DNA of 32,000 nt from Nitrosopumilus maritimus SCM1 (GCF_000018465.1 NC_010085.1:1-32000), one strand, 5' to 3'. Positions 1 through 9,888 are shown, numbered from the stretch's first letter. Made by a program: numbers and translations. Notes: generated by a model not told the origin, from the letters alone.

Positions 1-139
1 TTTTTTCTATTTTTTTTTTGAGAAAAAACAAAAACTAACTAAAAATAATTAATTACAAACTAAACTAGAATTACTATTCTATTCTATACTCTCTTAATTG
101 AGATATGGTTAAGATGAAATTGATAGGAAACAAAGGTGT

Positions 140-1348
140 GTGAGTATGTCTGATCCGATTGATAGATTATTAGATGCAGCTGAATCTGGCAAATCAATTA
201 TCAAAAACAGGGAGATCCTACATTTTACCTATATTCCAAAAACCATCCAACATAGGAATACTGAACAAGAACAAGTTACCCAATCACTCTTACCAATTCT
301 CAAACAATCAAGACCTTCCAATCTTTTGGTATATGGTAAACCTGGTACTGGCAAAACACTTGTCGTCAAAAAAGTTATCTCAAAAATCCAAGAGAGGGTA
401 GAGAAATCAAATTTCCCGATAAAACTAATCTACTCAAACGCAAAAAAAGAGACCACATTATACGGTTTATTGGTCAGTTTTGGGCGTCAATTAGGGCTAT
501 CTGACAAAGAATTACCCTCAACTGGTCTTGCCATCAGTGAGGTGTTCAAACGTATCCTGAATAATATTGATCAGGAAAAAACCAATGTTGTCTTTGTAAT
601 TGATGAGATAGATTACCTAGCAGAACTAGTATCAAAGACTGGAAAGGACATCCTTTACCAACTAACCAGAGCAAACGAAAACCTCAATTCTGGATCATTG
701 ACTTTGATTGGAATTTCAAATGACTTGACCTTCAAAGAAAAACTAGACCCTAGGGTAATCAGCAGTCTGGGAGAGGAGGAGATTGTCTTTACAAATTATG
801 ATGTTGAACAAATAAAAAAAATTCTAGAGGAGAGGATATCTGAAGCCTTTGAGGCCGAATCTGTGGATGAATCTGCTCTAAACTTATGCGCTGCTCTGGC
901 AGGAGGAGAACACGGTGATGCAAGACGGGCAATAGATCTGATTAGAGTTGCAGGCGAACTTGCTGAAAGACAACAATCAGACAAAGTCACTGAAACCCAT
1001 GTCAGAGATGCATCTCAAAAAATTGAAGAAAACAAAGAAGAGACATCCCTCAAATCATACCCACTTCACGAAAAACTAGTCATACTTGCTATAATGAAGG
1101 CCAATGGCTCTTCTACTGGAGAAATATACTCTTCATACAAAAACCTCTGTAAAGTTGTAGGACGAGATGAGCTTACCCAAAGAAGAATCACACAAATGCT
1201 AAGTGAAATTGAACTTTCTGGAATAATCTCTGGAAGATTGGTCCATCAAGGAATTCATGGTAGGACAAAAAAATACAAACTAACAATATCATCTGAAATG
1301 GTAAAAAAGACCTTCAAAGATGATTTAACTTTGCAAGATATTGTCTAG
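140..1348 (+). CDS. cdc6: Orc1/Cdc6-type DNA replication initiation AAA+ ATPase
   Basis: 402 aa ORF with Walker A 'VYGKPGTGKT', Walker B 'VFVIDEIDYL', sensor 'LIGISNDLTF' and C-terminal winged-helix-like region typical of archaeal Orc1/Cdc6. Confidence 0.96.
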   Translation: MSMSDPIDRLLDAAESGKSIIKNREILHFTYIPKTIQHRNTEQEQVTQSLLPILKQSRPSNLLVYGKPGTGKTLVVKKVISKIQERVEKSNFPIKLIYSNAKKETTLYGLLVSFGRQLGLSDKELPSTGLAISEVFKRILNNIDQEKTNVVFVIDEIDYLAELVSKTGKDILYQLTRANENLNSGSLTLIGISNDLTFKEKLDPRVISSLGEEEIVFTNYDVEQIKKILEERISEAFEAESVDESALNLCAALAGGEHGDARRAIDLIRVAGELAERQQSDKVTETHVRDASQKIEENKEETSLKSYPLHEKLVILAIMKANGSSTGEIYSSYKNLCKVVGRDELTQRRITQMLSEIELSGIISGRLVHQGIHGRTKKYKLTISSEMVKKTFKDDLTLQDIV

Positions 1349-2770
1349 ATTAGAATTGTAATTTTGGTGGAAAACCTGAAAGGTCTTTAAATTAACCAGT
1401 AAAGCAATACCTGGATTTGGAGTCATCCCAACACTTGCTTGAAATGGTGTCTGTTTCTGCCAAGAGCCTGAATTAACCAACAATATACCCTTGTACATAT
1501 CCAACTGAGCCTTGTGGACGTGGCCTACATGAAAGATATCTGGAATATCTTCAATTACCATAAGATCCTGCATCTCAGGAGCAATTGGCGTCTGGCTGCC
1601 ATAAATTGGACTTAGATGTCTGGCCCTAAGTAGGTGCTTCATCACATTTGTTGGCTTGTCATAACTTAGCCCTGGGGTAGTCTTTACAATATCATCAATA
1701 CTTTGCCCATGAAACATCATCACTTTCACACCATTTAATGAGACTACAGCAGGGTTTCCAACCATTATGACATTTTCCCTATCCCATAATCCAGAATTAT
1801 ACTTCTTTGGAATTGCTGGTTGAGGGAGTGCCCTTCTACCCGGATCATGGTTTCCAGGCATTATGATTATCTTGATATTTTTTGGAATCTGATCAATCAA
1901 ACTTTCAACTTTTTTAAGCTGTTCCTCTATGGTTTGACAAACTAATTCCTTGTTCTGATTTGGGTAAATTCCAACCCCATCAACCATATCTCCTCCAATC
2001 AAAATAAATCGGATTTTTTTTGCTGTAGGATCGGGACTAGATATCCAAGAGAAAAACTCTGTTAACTCTTCTTCCATGAAATATTTACTTCCAATATGTA
2101 AATCAGACAAAAATACGGCATAGGCTTCAGATTCTGACTTGTTTGTGGCCTGATCAGGAATATCCGGAAAAATCAAATCCTTTATGATGAATCCAGAGTT
2201 CTTTCCTACACTAACTCTTGCCATAACAAATTGGTCTACTAGGAGAGTATCTGCCGTCTTTTGAAGTTCAGTATCAAAAATAATCCCCTCAAATGAGCCT
2301 GAAGGATCCTCTAAAACCAACTTTGTTACATTTCTCTCACTATTTCTTGAAGTTACCAAACCACAGACATACATGTCATCTTCAGATCTTTCATTTTTAA
2401 CAAAAGTCAGAGATTTTAACATTCGAGCCTCTGGTCTGTCTGAAATTATTCGTTTTAGTTTGTTAAACCTACTAGAAAACAATGCATTGTATCCCTTTAC
2501 TCCTTCTCCCGTGGTTATCTTGTCTGTAGGATCCAGCAAAACCTTGACCTCATTTTCTAAGGATGGATCATCTTTGATTCCAAGATATGTTTCTAAATCA
2601 TCTTGATTGATTTGAAATAATTTCTGTTTGGTTTTTTCTCTGACAATTTCCTTTATTATTTTCTCTAGTTTTTTCACATCGACATTTTCTAAAATTTTAA
2701 AAGCATTTGGATGAATCTGGAATCCTTTGTTTAATGCATAGTTTAATGCAAAGGACAGTTCCTTTTTCAT
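1325..2770 (-). CDS. polB: DNA polymerase D (PolII) small subunit DP1, calcineurin-like phosphoesterase fold
   Basis: 481 aa; OB-fold region then 'FLSDLHIGSKYF', 'LIGGDMVDGVGIYP', 'IIIMPGNHDPGRRALPQP', 'HVGHVHKA' motifs of archaeal DP1. Confidence 0.95.
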   Translation of the reverse strand: MKKELSFALNYALNKGFQIHPNAFKILENVDVKKLEKIIKEIVREKTKQKLFQINQDDLETYLGIKDDPSLENEVKVLLDPTDKITTGEGVKGYNALFSSRFNKLKRIISDRPEARMLKSLTFVKNERSEDDMYVCGLVTSRNSERNVTKLVLEDPSGSFEGIIFDTELQKTADTLLVDQFVMARVSVGKNSGFIIKDLIFPDIPDQATNKSESEAYAVFLSDLHIGSKYFMEEELTEFFSWISSPDPTAKKIRFILIGGDMVDGVGIYPNQNKELVCQTIEEQLKKVESLIDQIPKNIKIIIMPGNHDPGRRALPQPAIPKKYNSGLWDRENVIMVGNPAVVSLNGVKVMMFHGQSIDDIVKTTPGLSYDKPTNVMKHLLRARHLSPIYGSQTPIAPEMQDLMVIEDIPDIFHVGHVHKAQLDMYKGILLVNSGSWQKQTPFQASVGMTPNPGIALLVNLKTFQVFHQNYNSNLDNILQS

Positions 2771-2844
2771 ATCAAAAAATATAATGTGGTTTAATTAAAT
2801 CTGCGCCTACCAACCCTCAAATATTGTTCTAATGGTATTGTGTT

Positions 2845-3387
2845 GTGAATAAACTCCGAATTTCTTTATTTTTCATATTCATGGCAATCTTTACTGGTAC
2901 ATATCAAATTGGTTCAATGTCTACTGTGAGCCAGGAAGAAGCTGATATTTTCATGTCAGAATTTGAGGAATTAGTTTTGGATATTGATGGATTTGGGATA
3001 TTTACTCATAACACATCATTAGCACTTCCAATGTTTATTCCAGGATTTGGTGTTGCTTGGGGTTTGTTTTCAGCATGGTCAACAGGATTTGCATTTGCAG
3101 CAATAACTACAACTGCTCCAATTTTAGAAAAAGTCCCCCCCTTAGCAATTTTATTTTTATCTCCATTTGGCTTGATGGAGTTAACTGCATATTCTTTAGC
3201 AACATCTAGGAGTTTTATCCTGATTAGAGCAATAACGAAAAAAATCAATCTTAGAACCTTCATCAAACCAACTGTAATCGAGATTGGTGTTGTAGTTGGG
3301 TTGCTTTTGGCAGGAGGGTATCTAGAATTTTACATGATAGAAATGGCTCAAGAACAAGGCCTCCAAATACCTGGAATTGATATCTGA
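2845..3387 (+). CDS. hypothetical multi-pass membrane protein
   Basis: 180 aa ORF (GTG start) with several hydrophobic segments; non-overlapping coding frame. Confidence 0.75.
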   Translation: MNKLRISLFFIFMAIFTGTYQIGSMSTVSQEEADIFMSEFEELVLDIDGFGIFTHNTSLALPMFIPGFGVAWGLFSAWSTGFAFAAITTTAPILEKVPPLAILFLSPFGLMELTAYSLATSRSFILIRAITKKINLRTFIKPTVIEIGVVVGLLLAGGYLEFYMIEMAQEQGLQIPGIDI

Positions 3388-3462
3388 TCCCTTAGGATTT
3401 GCCTATTGAGTCTAAAATAATTTAGTAGCAAATTATAAACCAAATTAGAAGACAAATCTATT

Positions 3463-4359
3463 GTGAAGTTAACAATAACATTACTAGCATTATTCATATT
3501 TTCCTCAGGATATATTCTCAATGAATCGTTTGCAGAAGTTTCTGAAAACCAAGTATTTCTCCTAGAGGGCTCTGGTTTTGCTGTAACTGAAGAACAAATC
3601 AAATTTTCAGAAATTGATTTTGGTTTATCATCTCAAGACCAACGAGGTAGTACCATTAATTTTGTAATAGAGGATGGCTTTATCACACTTGATGAAGAAG
3701 AATTTATCATTTCAGAATTAGAAGGAAAATTTTTGCGTGAAGGCCGTTATATTCGAATTAATGGAGATATAGAAAGTTCTAGTGGTTTTGATACTACAAT
3801 CAGCTTCTTTGGAAGATTAGTTGCAGAAAGTAAAGATGCTGCAGTTTATGGTTTTACTGGTAGAATTACAACAACTGATGATACCTACAAAATAATTTAC
3901 ACTACAAAATTATCTTCATTATCAAAAATTGATGTAACCCCAACAATTGAAGAATCACAAGAACTTTCAATTCGTATTCTTAAAGGTGCTTCCTCTCAAG
4001 GAGTTTCGGATAGCTATGTCGGACTAACAACAAGTGGCTCAATTAGGTTAGGATATTTTTCTGATGATAGGATATCAATTGAACCAGGAACTACTATTAC
4101 AATCATAAATGATGATAATGTTTCTCATAGTATTCTTAGTGGAAAAGAAAATTATGGTGATAGACATGATCCATTTGATCCAGATGGTAGAATCTCAACT
4201 GGCGATATTGCCCCTGGCAAATCTGTTAACATTACATTTGATGAAGCAGGATTTTACAGATTATATGATCCAGACTACCCTTGGATGAAAATTGTAGCAT
4301 ATGTATTCCCCAATTCTGATAATCTAATTCTTAGACAAGGCCAAAATCTAGGAAACTAA
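3463..4359 (+). CDS. secreted protein with C-terminal degenerate cupredoxin-like domain
   Basis: Signal peptide-like N-terminus 'MKLTITLLALFIFSSGYILNESFA'; C-terminus 'TITIINDDNVSHSI...NITFDEAGFYRLYDPDYPWMKIVAYV' resembles the plastocyanin/cupredoxin end. Confidence 0.8.
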   Translation: MKLTITLLALFIFSSGYILNESFAEVSENQVFLLEGSGFAVTEEQIKFSEIDFGLSSQDQRGSTINFVIEDGFITLDEEEFIISELEGKFLREGRYIRINGDIESSSGFDTTISFFGRLVAESKDAAVYGFTGRITTTDDTYKIIYTTKLSSLSKIDVTPTIEESQELSIRILKGASSQGVSDSYVGLTTSGSIRLGYFSDDRISIEPGTTITIINDDNVSHSILSGKENYGDRHDPFDPDGRISTGDIAPGKSVNITFDEAGFYRLYDPDYPWMKIVAYVFPNSDNLILRQGQNLGN

Positions 4360-5072
4360 TTTTCCCATTGCCATCTGTAATTCATGTAAGAATCTAAACT
4401 TGTTTGATTAAACACCATTACTGACAAATCTGAAAACTCTTTTCCTTCCAAATCTTTTACAGTTCCTTCAAAACTAGTTTCATTTTCAGTGGTTATGGCT
4501 TCAAAAACATGAACTTTAATCCTTGTAGTATCAAAACCACATTCACGAAGATAAACTGCAATTTCTGATGGCATAAAATGCTTGTCTGGTTGTTTTGGCC
4601 ATGGTCTTGGAACTAACACCACACTAAATCCATCAATCAATGCCTTTTGCAGCTCTAATTTCTTATCTTCAATTGGAGTTGTTACATGCATTGTAATCAC
4701 TCTAGATTTATCAAGCGGTACTTGTGCTCTGGATGCTGCTACTTGTATAGAACTAATTCCTGGAACTATTTCTACCTCACCAAAAATTTCTATTAATCTA
4801 TCTACCACTTCAGATTCTGAAAAATTTACATCTCCAGTAAATGGAATTACTAGAGTTTTATCTCCTAATCTTGGAAAAACTTCTTGATAGGATTCTTCTT
4901 GATTATTCATTGTAATTTCATGAATTTCTTTGCCCTCAAGAAGGTGTTCGATTGTTTTTAAAGTGTATTTGTACCCAATCACAATATCACAATTTTGAAC
5001 TATATCTTTGACAACTTCTGTTACATATTTTGGTGAACCTGGACCTACACCTACGGCAATAACTTTTCCCAA
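4356..5072 (-). CDS. cbiE: precorrin-6Y C5,15-methyltransferase (decarboxylating)/cobalt-precorrin-7 C5-methyltransferase CbiE-like
   Basis: 238 aa; 'IAVGVGPGSPKYVT', 'DIVIGYKYT', 'LVIPFTGDVNFSES', 'VEIVPGISSIQVAASR' typical of the tetrapyrrole (corrin) methylase family, CbiE branch. Confidence 0.85.
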   Translation of the reverse strand: MGKVIAVGVGPGSPKYVTEVVKDIVQNCDIVIGYKYTLKTIEHLLEGKEIHEITMNNQEESYQEVFPRLGDKTLVIPFTGDVNFSESEVVDRLIEIFGEVEIVPGISSIQVAASRAQVPLDKSRVITMHVTTPIEDKKLELQKALIDGFSVVLVPRPWPKQPDKHFMPSEIAVYLRECGFDTTRIKVHVFEAITTENETSFEGTVKDLEGKEFSDLSVMVFNQTSLDSYMNYRWQWEN

Positions 5073-5074
5073 TT

Positions 5075-5566
5075 TTACTTTGTAAATTTCTGTCTGTCTT
5101 TAATATATTGCACAAATGGTGCCCAATCTACTTTCATGTATTTTGTGGGCTCTTTTGCTGGATATTTTACCCAATCTTGGGCAATAGAATATTGAAATTT
5201 CTCTTTTTTACCGTCTTGTTCATATTCTAATTCTAAAACACTTCCCCACGTCTTTTCTTCAAAACTAATATTGGAAATATCATCAAATGATAATTCTGTG
5301 TTTCTTTTATCTTCAACATCATTCATCAAATCTTCTTCATCATAACCATCATGACGTATCATGGTATTTTTTGATCTGATAAAATTAATTACCTGTCTTT
5401 GAGTAATTGCCTTCCACCATTTCATTTTGGCTTCAGTTTTATGAATAAACATTAGATGCTTATCAGTTAAAACCAACATTCCTTCTTTACCTCCAATTGA
5501 TAGAAATTTTTTTGATTCTCTCCATATTGAAACAACATGTGCCTGAATCTTCTCATCAGGTTGCAT
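5075..5566 (-). CDS. hypothetical protein, possible PH-like domain
   Basis: 163 aa; 'GMLVLTDKHLMFIHK...' resembles bacterial/archaeal PH-like beta strands; 2 nt upstream of cbiE, same strand. Confidence 0.65.
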   Translation of the reverse strand: MQPDEKIQAHVVSIWRESKKFLSIGGKEGMLVLTDKHLMFIHKTEAKMKWWKAITQRQVINFIRSKNTMIRHDGYDEEDLMNDVEDKRNTELSFDDISNISFEEKTWGSVLELEYEQDGKKEKFQYSIAQDWVKYPAKEPTKYMKVDWAPFVQYIKDRQKFTK

Positions 5567-5638
5567 AGGAGTAATCTGTTTGGCTTTGTTAAAAACTAAT
5601 ACAATTGGCTTTTAAGTGAGATTTATTGCAGAAAAATA

Positions 5639-7168
5639 TTGAAGAAAATAATTCTTGCAATCACATTTTCATTATTGTTTATGGGAATTGTAAATCAAAC
5701 AACTGCCCAATCTGTAGAGGTTAATCCAATTAAGATAATGGATCCTGTTGTAATCATTGAAACTAGTTTGGGAAATATCACAATTGGCTTTTTCCCAAAT
5801 GATGCACCTAAACATGTAGAAAATTTTCTTAAACTATCAACCTCTGGATTTTACGATGGAACTCTTTTTCATAGAATAATTCCAGGCTTCATGATTCAGG
5901 GCGGTGATCCAAATACAATTGATGGCGATTCAAGTACCTGGGGGACTGGTGGTCCAGATGAAAGATTAGATGCAGAGTTTAACAATATCAAACATAATCG
6001 TGGAATAGTTTCAATGGCAAGATCAGCTGATCCAAATAGCGGTGGCTCACAATTCTTTATCGTACATCAAAATTCCAACTTTCTTGATGAACAATACACT
6101 GTATTTGGTAGAATTATAACTGAAGAAAGTTTTGAAACACTTGATAAAATTGCATCAGTTTCCACTGGAAGTAGAGATGAACCTATAAATCCTGAACAAG
6201 TAAGAATTATCAAAGTTTCAGTTGTTCCACGTGCAGATATTCCTGATTTAATTGAATTAACAGAACCTGATCGAATCCAAACAAACGTAGAGCCATCTAC
6301 TGGGAGTCAACTATTTGAAAGCGAAGAACATGATATAGCATTTAGTGCTCCTGCAGGCTGGCTTTTACAACAACCTGAGAAAACTCAAGAAAACACTCCT
6401 GATGTTGTAGCAGTTGGACCAAAGGTTGGCACAGTAAATCCTGTAATTTCACTTACAATACTTCCTACAAATGGAAAAATCATTGATGATATAATTTCAG
6501 AAAAAAATGAAGAATTACAACCACTTGCAGAATCAAGAGGATTGAATATAATTTCTCAAGAACAAATTACCATTAATGATAAGGATGCATATGTAACTAA
6601 CGCACAAGGAGTTTTTTCTGCTAATGGTCAGGATTATGATGTAAAATTCAAAGAGGTTATAATTTATGGTTCAGATAACTATTACACTTTTTCGTACAGT
6701 AACGGTGTAGACGACTTTGATTCTCAAATAGAAAGATTTAACGAAACAATAGATTCTTTTAAAAAATTATCTGAAGACTCTGCAAATTCTGAAGAAAATG
6801 GTGGATGTTTAATTGCAACTGCAACATTTGGCTCTGAACTTGCACCTCAAGTACAACAATTAAGAGAATTAAGAGATAACACTATTCTTGAAACAGAATC
6901 TGGAACTGCTTTTATGAGTGGATTTAATCAATTGTATTATTCATTCTCCCCAACAATTGCTGATTTAGAACGTGAGTCTCCCCTCTTCAAAGAAATTGTG
7001 AAACTAACAATCACTCCGATGTTGTCTTCACTTTCAATTCTAAAGTATGCTGAAATAAATTCAGAAGAAGAAATGATCTCTTATGGTGTAGGAATAATTC
7101 TAATGAATATTGGAATGTATTTTGTAGCTCCAACTATTATCATCTATAAAATTAGAAAACTAAACTAG
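5639..7168 (+). CDS. secreted multidomain cyclophilin-type peptidyl-prolyl cis-trans isomerase with C-terminal CFI-box-like region
   Basis: Signal peptide; cyclophilin motifs 'LFHRIIPGFMIQGGDP', 'GGSQFFIVHQNSNFLDEQYTVFGRI'; middle 'AFSAPAGWLLQ' domain; C-terminal 'GGCLIATATFGSELAPQVQQLRELRD' plus TM segment. Confidence 0.92.
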   Translation: MKKIILAITFSLLFMGIVNQTTAQSVEVNPIKIMDPVVIIETSLGNITIGFFPNDAPKHVENFLKLSTSGFYDGTLFHRIIPGFMIQGGDPNTIDGDSSTWGTGGPDERLDAEFNNIKHNRGIVSMARSADPNSGGSQFFIVHQNSNFLDEQYTVFGRIITEESFETLDKIASVSTGSRDEPINPEQVRIIKVSVVPRADIPDLIELTEPDRIQTNVEPSTGSQLFESEEHDIAFSAPAGWLLQQPEKTQENTPDVVAVGPKVGTVNPVISLTILPTNGKIIDDIISEKNEELQPLAESRGLNIISQEQITINDKDAYVTNAQGVFSANGQDYDVKFKEVIIYGSDNYYTFSYSNGVDDFDSQIERFNETIDSFKKLSEDSANSEENGGCLIATATFGSELAPQVQQLRELRDNTILETESGTAFMSGFNQLYYSFSPTIADLERESPLFKEIVKLTITPMLSSLSILKYAEINSEEEMISYGVGIILMNIGMYFVAPTIIIYKIRKLN

Positions 7169-8524
7169 TTACCAAACATCATCTACTTCATCAAGAACCT
7201 TGTATTCTTTTTCTGGTTCACGTCTCATGAATTTGAGTCTTGAAATGTCTCTATCAAAAATCGCATCAGCTGTCCAATCAAGAAAAACTCTAAATCGCTT
7301 ATCCCACGTTGGGATTTTTGATAGGTAAATATTTCTCCAAAGAAACCATGCAAAAATTCCATGAATATTCATTCCTAAAAATGATGCAATACCTGTTCTC
7401 TTTCCGATAATTGCCATCTGGCCTTTTGATTCATACGTAAATTCTGTTTTTTCTTCATTTCTAATCAAAGCATGAAGGTTTTTTGCAGCAATTTTGGCTT
7501 GAGCCTCTGCAATTTGAGCAGTTGGTGGAAATGGTCTTTGACTATTAGGATCCATAAACAGCGCACAGTCTCCAATTGCAAAAACACCTGGAAAATCATT
7601 TACTTCTAAATTCTTGTCTACAATGATTTTTCCTTTGTCTGTTTTGAATAACGATCTCTTGATTGTATTGACTGGTGTTACACCTGCAGTCCAAATTACA
7701 GTCTTTGTTTGGATTGAACTAATAACTGAATCATCTGATGCATCTTTGTCAACATCCAATCTCTTTATCATGACTTCATCTCCATCAAAACTAGTTACAG
7801 CTGTTTGTAGTTTGATCTCAATTCCATGTTCTGTTAATTTTTCTTGTGCAAACTTTGCAAGGCTTTCAGAAAAACCTGGTAAAATATTTGGTAATGCTTC
7901 TAATACGACAACTCTAATATCTTCTTTTTTGATATTAGGGTAGTACTTTCTAACATCCAATAGGAGATCCATTATCTCTCCTGCTGTCTCGATTCCTGCA
8001 AATCCTCCTCCAACTACAACAAAAGTTAGAAGACTATGTTTTAGAATTGGATTTGTCTCATTTTCTGCTTGTTCTAACATGTCTATCATTCTATTTCTAA
8101 CCATAACTGCATCATTGAGTGTCTTCATTTGATAGGCATTTTTCTCAAGATCATTCATTCCAAAAAAGTTAGTTTCACTTCCCAATGCTACAACAAGAAA
8201 ATCATAATGAAGTGAAATTCCTCTCTTGTTTCCACTCCCCCAAAGATTTACAATTTTTCCGTAAGGATCTATATTTTTGACTCTACCTTCGTAAAATGTT
8301 GCTTTTTTTGTAATTGTTCTAATTGGCATTACAATGTGTCTTGTCTCAATCATTCCGGAAGCCACTTGGGGTAGCATTGGAGTAAACAACAGAAAATTAT
8401 CCTCACTAACTAAAACAATTTCAATTTCTGAATCATTTTTGAAATATTCTTCTAGTTTCCTAGTACACTCTAATCCTGCAAAACCGCCTCCTAAAACGAC
8501 AATTTTCTTCTTATTTCGAGCCAT
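7169..8524 (-). CDS. FAD-dependent pyridine nucleotide-disulfide oxidoreductase, type II NADH dehydrogenase-like
   Basis: 451 aa; N-terminal 'KKIVVLGGGFAGLECTRKL', second dinucleotide fold 'LLTFVVVGGGFAGIETAGEI', 'GVFAIGDCA' FAD motif. Confidence 0.9.
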   Translation of the reverse strand: MARNKKKIVVLGGGFAGLECTRKLEEYFKNDSEIEIVLVSEDNFLLFTPMLPQVASGMIETRHIVMPIRTITKKATFYEGRVKNIDPYGKIVNLWGSGNKRGISLHYDFLVVALGSETNFFGMNDLEKNAYQMKTLNDAVMVRNRMIDMLEQAENETNPILKHSLLTFVVVGGGFAGIETAGEIMDLLLDVRKYYPNIKKEDIRVVVLEALPNILPGFSESLAKFAQEKLTEHGIEIKLQTAVTSFDGDEVMIKRLDVDKDASDDSVISSIQTKTVIWTAGVTPVNTIKRSLFKTDKGKIIVDKNLEVNDFPGVFAIGDCALFMDPNSQRPFPPTAQIAEAQAKIAAKNLHALIRNEEKTEFTYESKGQMAIIGKRTGIASFLGMNIHGIFAWFLWRNIYLSKIPTWDKRFRVFLDWTADAIFDRDISRLKFMRREPEKEYKVLDEVDDVW

Positions 8525-8593
8525 TTGCTTACCCCAGAAAAAGACGAAATATATCCCTATGAGTTTATTTTCGGAAATTATGCGTGCCTATTC

Positions 8594-9259
8594 TCAGGCT
8601 CTCATTATATCAGAGTGTAAAATCTCATATGCCCTTGATGCATCCTTTTCATTTAGAAAAATTACGATATTATCCTGACTGAAAAACGCATTAACTAGTT
8701 CAATTCCGTTTGCATGTAATACCTCTGCAACATAGGAAACCACATCTGATTGATTTTGTGAATTTGGTATTGTAATTTTGATCTTTGCAAGACCCGTACT
8801 AAATACATCCTCTCTATCTGAAACATTACCAAAAATCTGCCTAATGTCTTCCATGTCTTCAGTAAGGAATCTAAAGGAATCGGACATTCTAAAAAATTCA
8901 TAGTTATTTGTAATCTTTGAGAACTTATCCAAAATTGCCATAGGATCAATTTGGTTAGAATCTTTGATTGAAAATTTAATATCCATAATTCCATCAGTCA
9001 AAGCCAATCTTGCATTCTTCAAAACTGGTTCTTCCTTTACTTCCTCTTTAATCTCAAATGAATCTGCATATCTCTTGATTGCCACAACTATGGTATTGAG
9101 ATTAACACTGTTACCCAAAATTCTTTCAACTTCTGGCTGAATCTTTACTGCTAATGCTGTATAGTTTATCAAATCCATCTTCATGCAGTCATAAATCGAA
9201 CGATTTCTTGTGATCATCTCTCTGACTATCTCAGGCACGGACATGCTTGCTACCCTCAT
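8594..9259 (-). CDS. hypothetical archaeal regulatory-like protein (possible ACT-like C-terminus)
   Basis: 221 aa; C-terminal 'VSYVAEVLHANGIELVNAFFSQDNIVIFLNEKDASRAYEIL' resembles an ACT-like fold. Confidence 0.7.
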   Translation of the reverse strand: MRVASMSVPEIVREMITRNRSIYDCMKMDLINYTALAVKIQPEVERILGNSVNLNTIVVAIKRYADSFEIKEEVKEEPVLKNARLALTDGIMDIKFSIKDSNQIDPMAILDKFSKITNNYEFFRMSDSFRFLTEDMEDIRQIFGNVSDREDVFSTGLAKIKITIPNSQNQSDVVSYVAEVLHANGIELVNAFFSQDNIVIFLNEKDASRAYEILHSDIMRA

Positions 9260-9323
9260 TAAGATTATTATATAATGTCAGTTATAATAGGCTTATGTAA
9301 GAAATCAAAGAAAATCCAATAAT

Positions 9324-9331
9324 CTTTATAT
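9324..9331 (+). promoter_or_regulatory. TATA box-like element upstream of the Hsp20 gene
   Basis: CTTTATAT(AATG) located 27-34 nt upstream of the GTG start at 9358. Confidence 0.5.
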
Positions 9332-9357
9332 AATGTCATAGATATTACATACTATAG

Positions 9358-9861
9358 GTGAATATGACAATGTTCTTTGATAGCGAATTTGATAGAATCT
9401 TCAAACAGATGTCTAGATCTTTTTTCAATACAGATGACATCTTTGAGGGATTCAAGGGAAATGGTTCTGAATCTGGCCCATTTTATTATGGTTATACAAT
9501 GACCGTGGGTCCTGATGGGAAACCTGTTGTAAAAGAATATGGAAACGTCAAACCAGGCCAACTTCCAGCTTCTGATACACGAGAACCAATAGTAGACACA
9601 ATTGTTGATGAAAAAGAAAAAGTTGTAAAACTCATAGCTGAGATGCCAGGAGTTGAAAAGACTGATGTCAAAATTATTGTTGACAACAAAGTTGTAGATT
9701 TGTCCGCAGAACGTGGTGATAAAAAATATCATGTCAAAGTTCCAGTACAACACAAAGTTGATGAAAACTCTGCAAAGGCTTCCTACAAAAACGGAATTTT
9801 GCAACTTGTCTTCAAGTTAGTTGAAGAAAAACCAACTGGCAAACAGGTGGAGGTTGAATAA
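9358..9861 (+). CDS. Hsp20/alpha-crystallin family small heat shock protein
   Basis: 167 aa (GTG start) with alpha-crystallin core 'EKVVKLIAEMPGVEKTDVKIIV...ASYKNGILQLVFKL'. Confidence 0.93.
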   Translation: MNMTMFFDSEFDRIFKQMSRSFFNTDDIFEGFKGNGSESGPFYYGYTMTVGPDGKPVVKEYGNVKPGQLPASDTREPIVDTIVDEKEKVVKLIAEMPGVEKTDVKIIVDNKVVDLSAERGDKKYHVKVPVQHKVDENSAKASYKNGILQLVFKLVEEKPTGKQVEVE

Positions 9862-9888
9862 ACCCCCCTTTATTTTTGAGGTGAAAAA

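Noticed and set aside
9352-9804. 150-aa antisense ORF over Hsp20
   Set aside because: Fully overlaps a clear alpha-crystallin gene; Phe/Asn-rich shadow translation without domain features.
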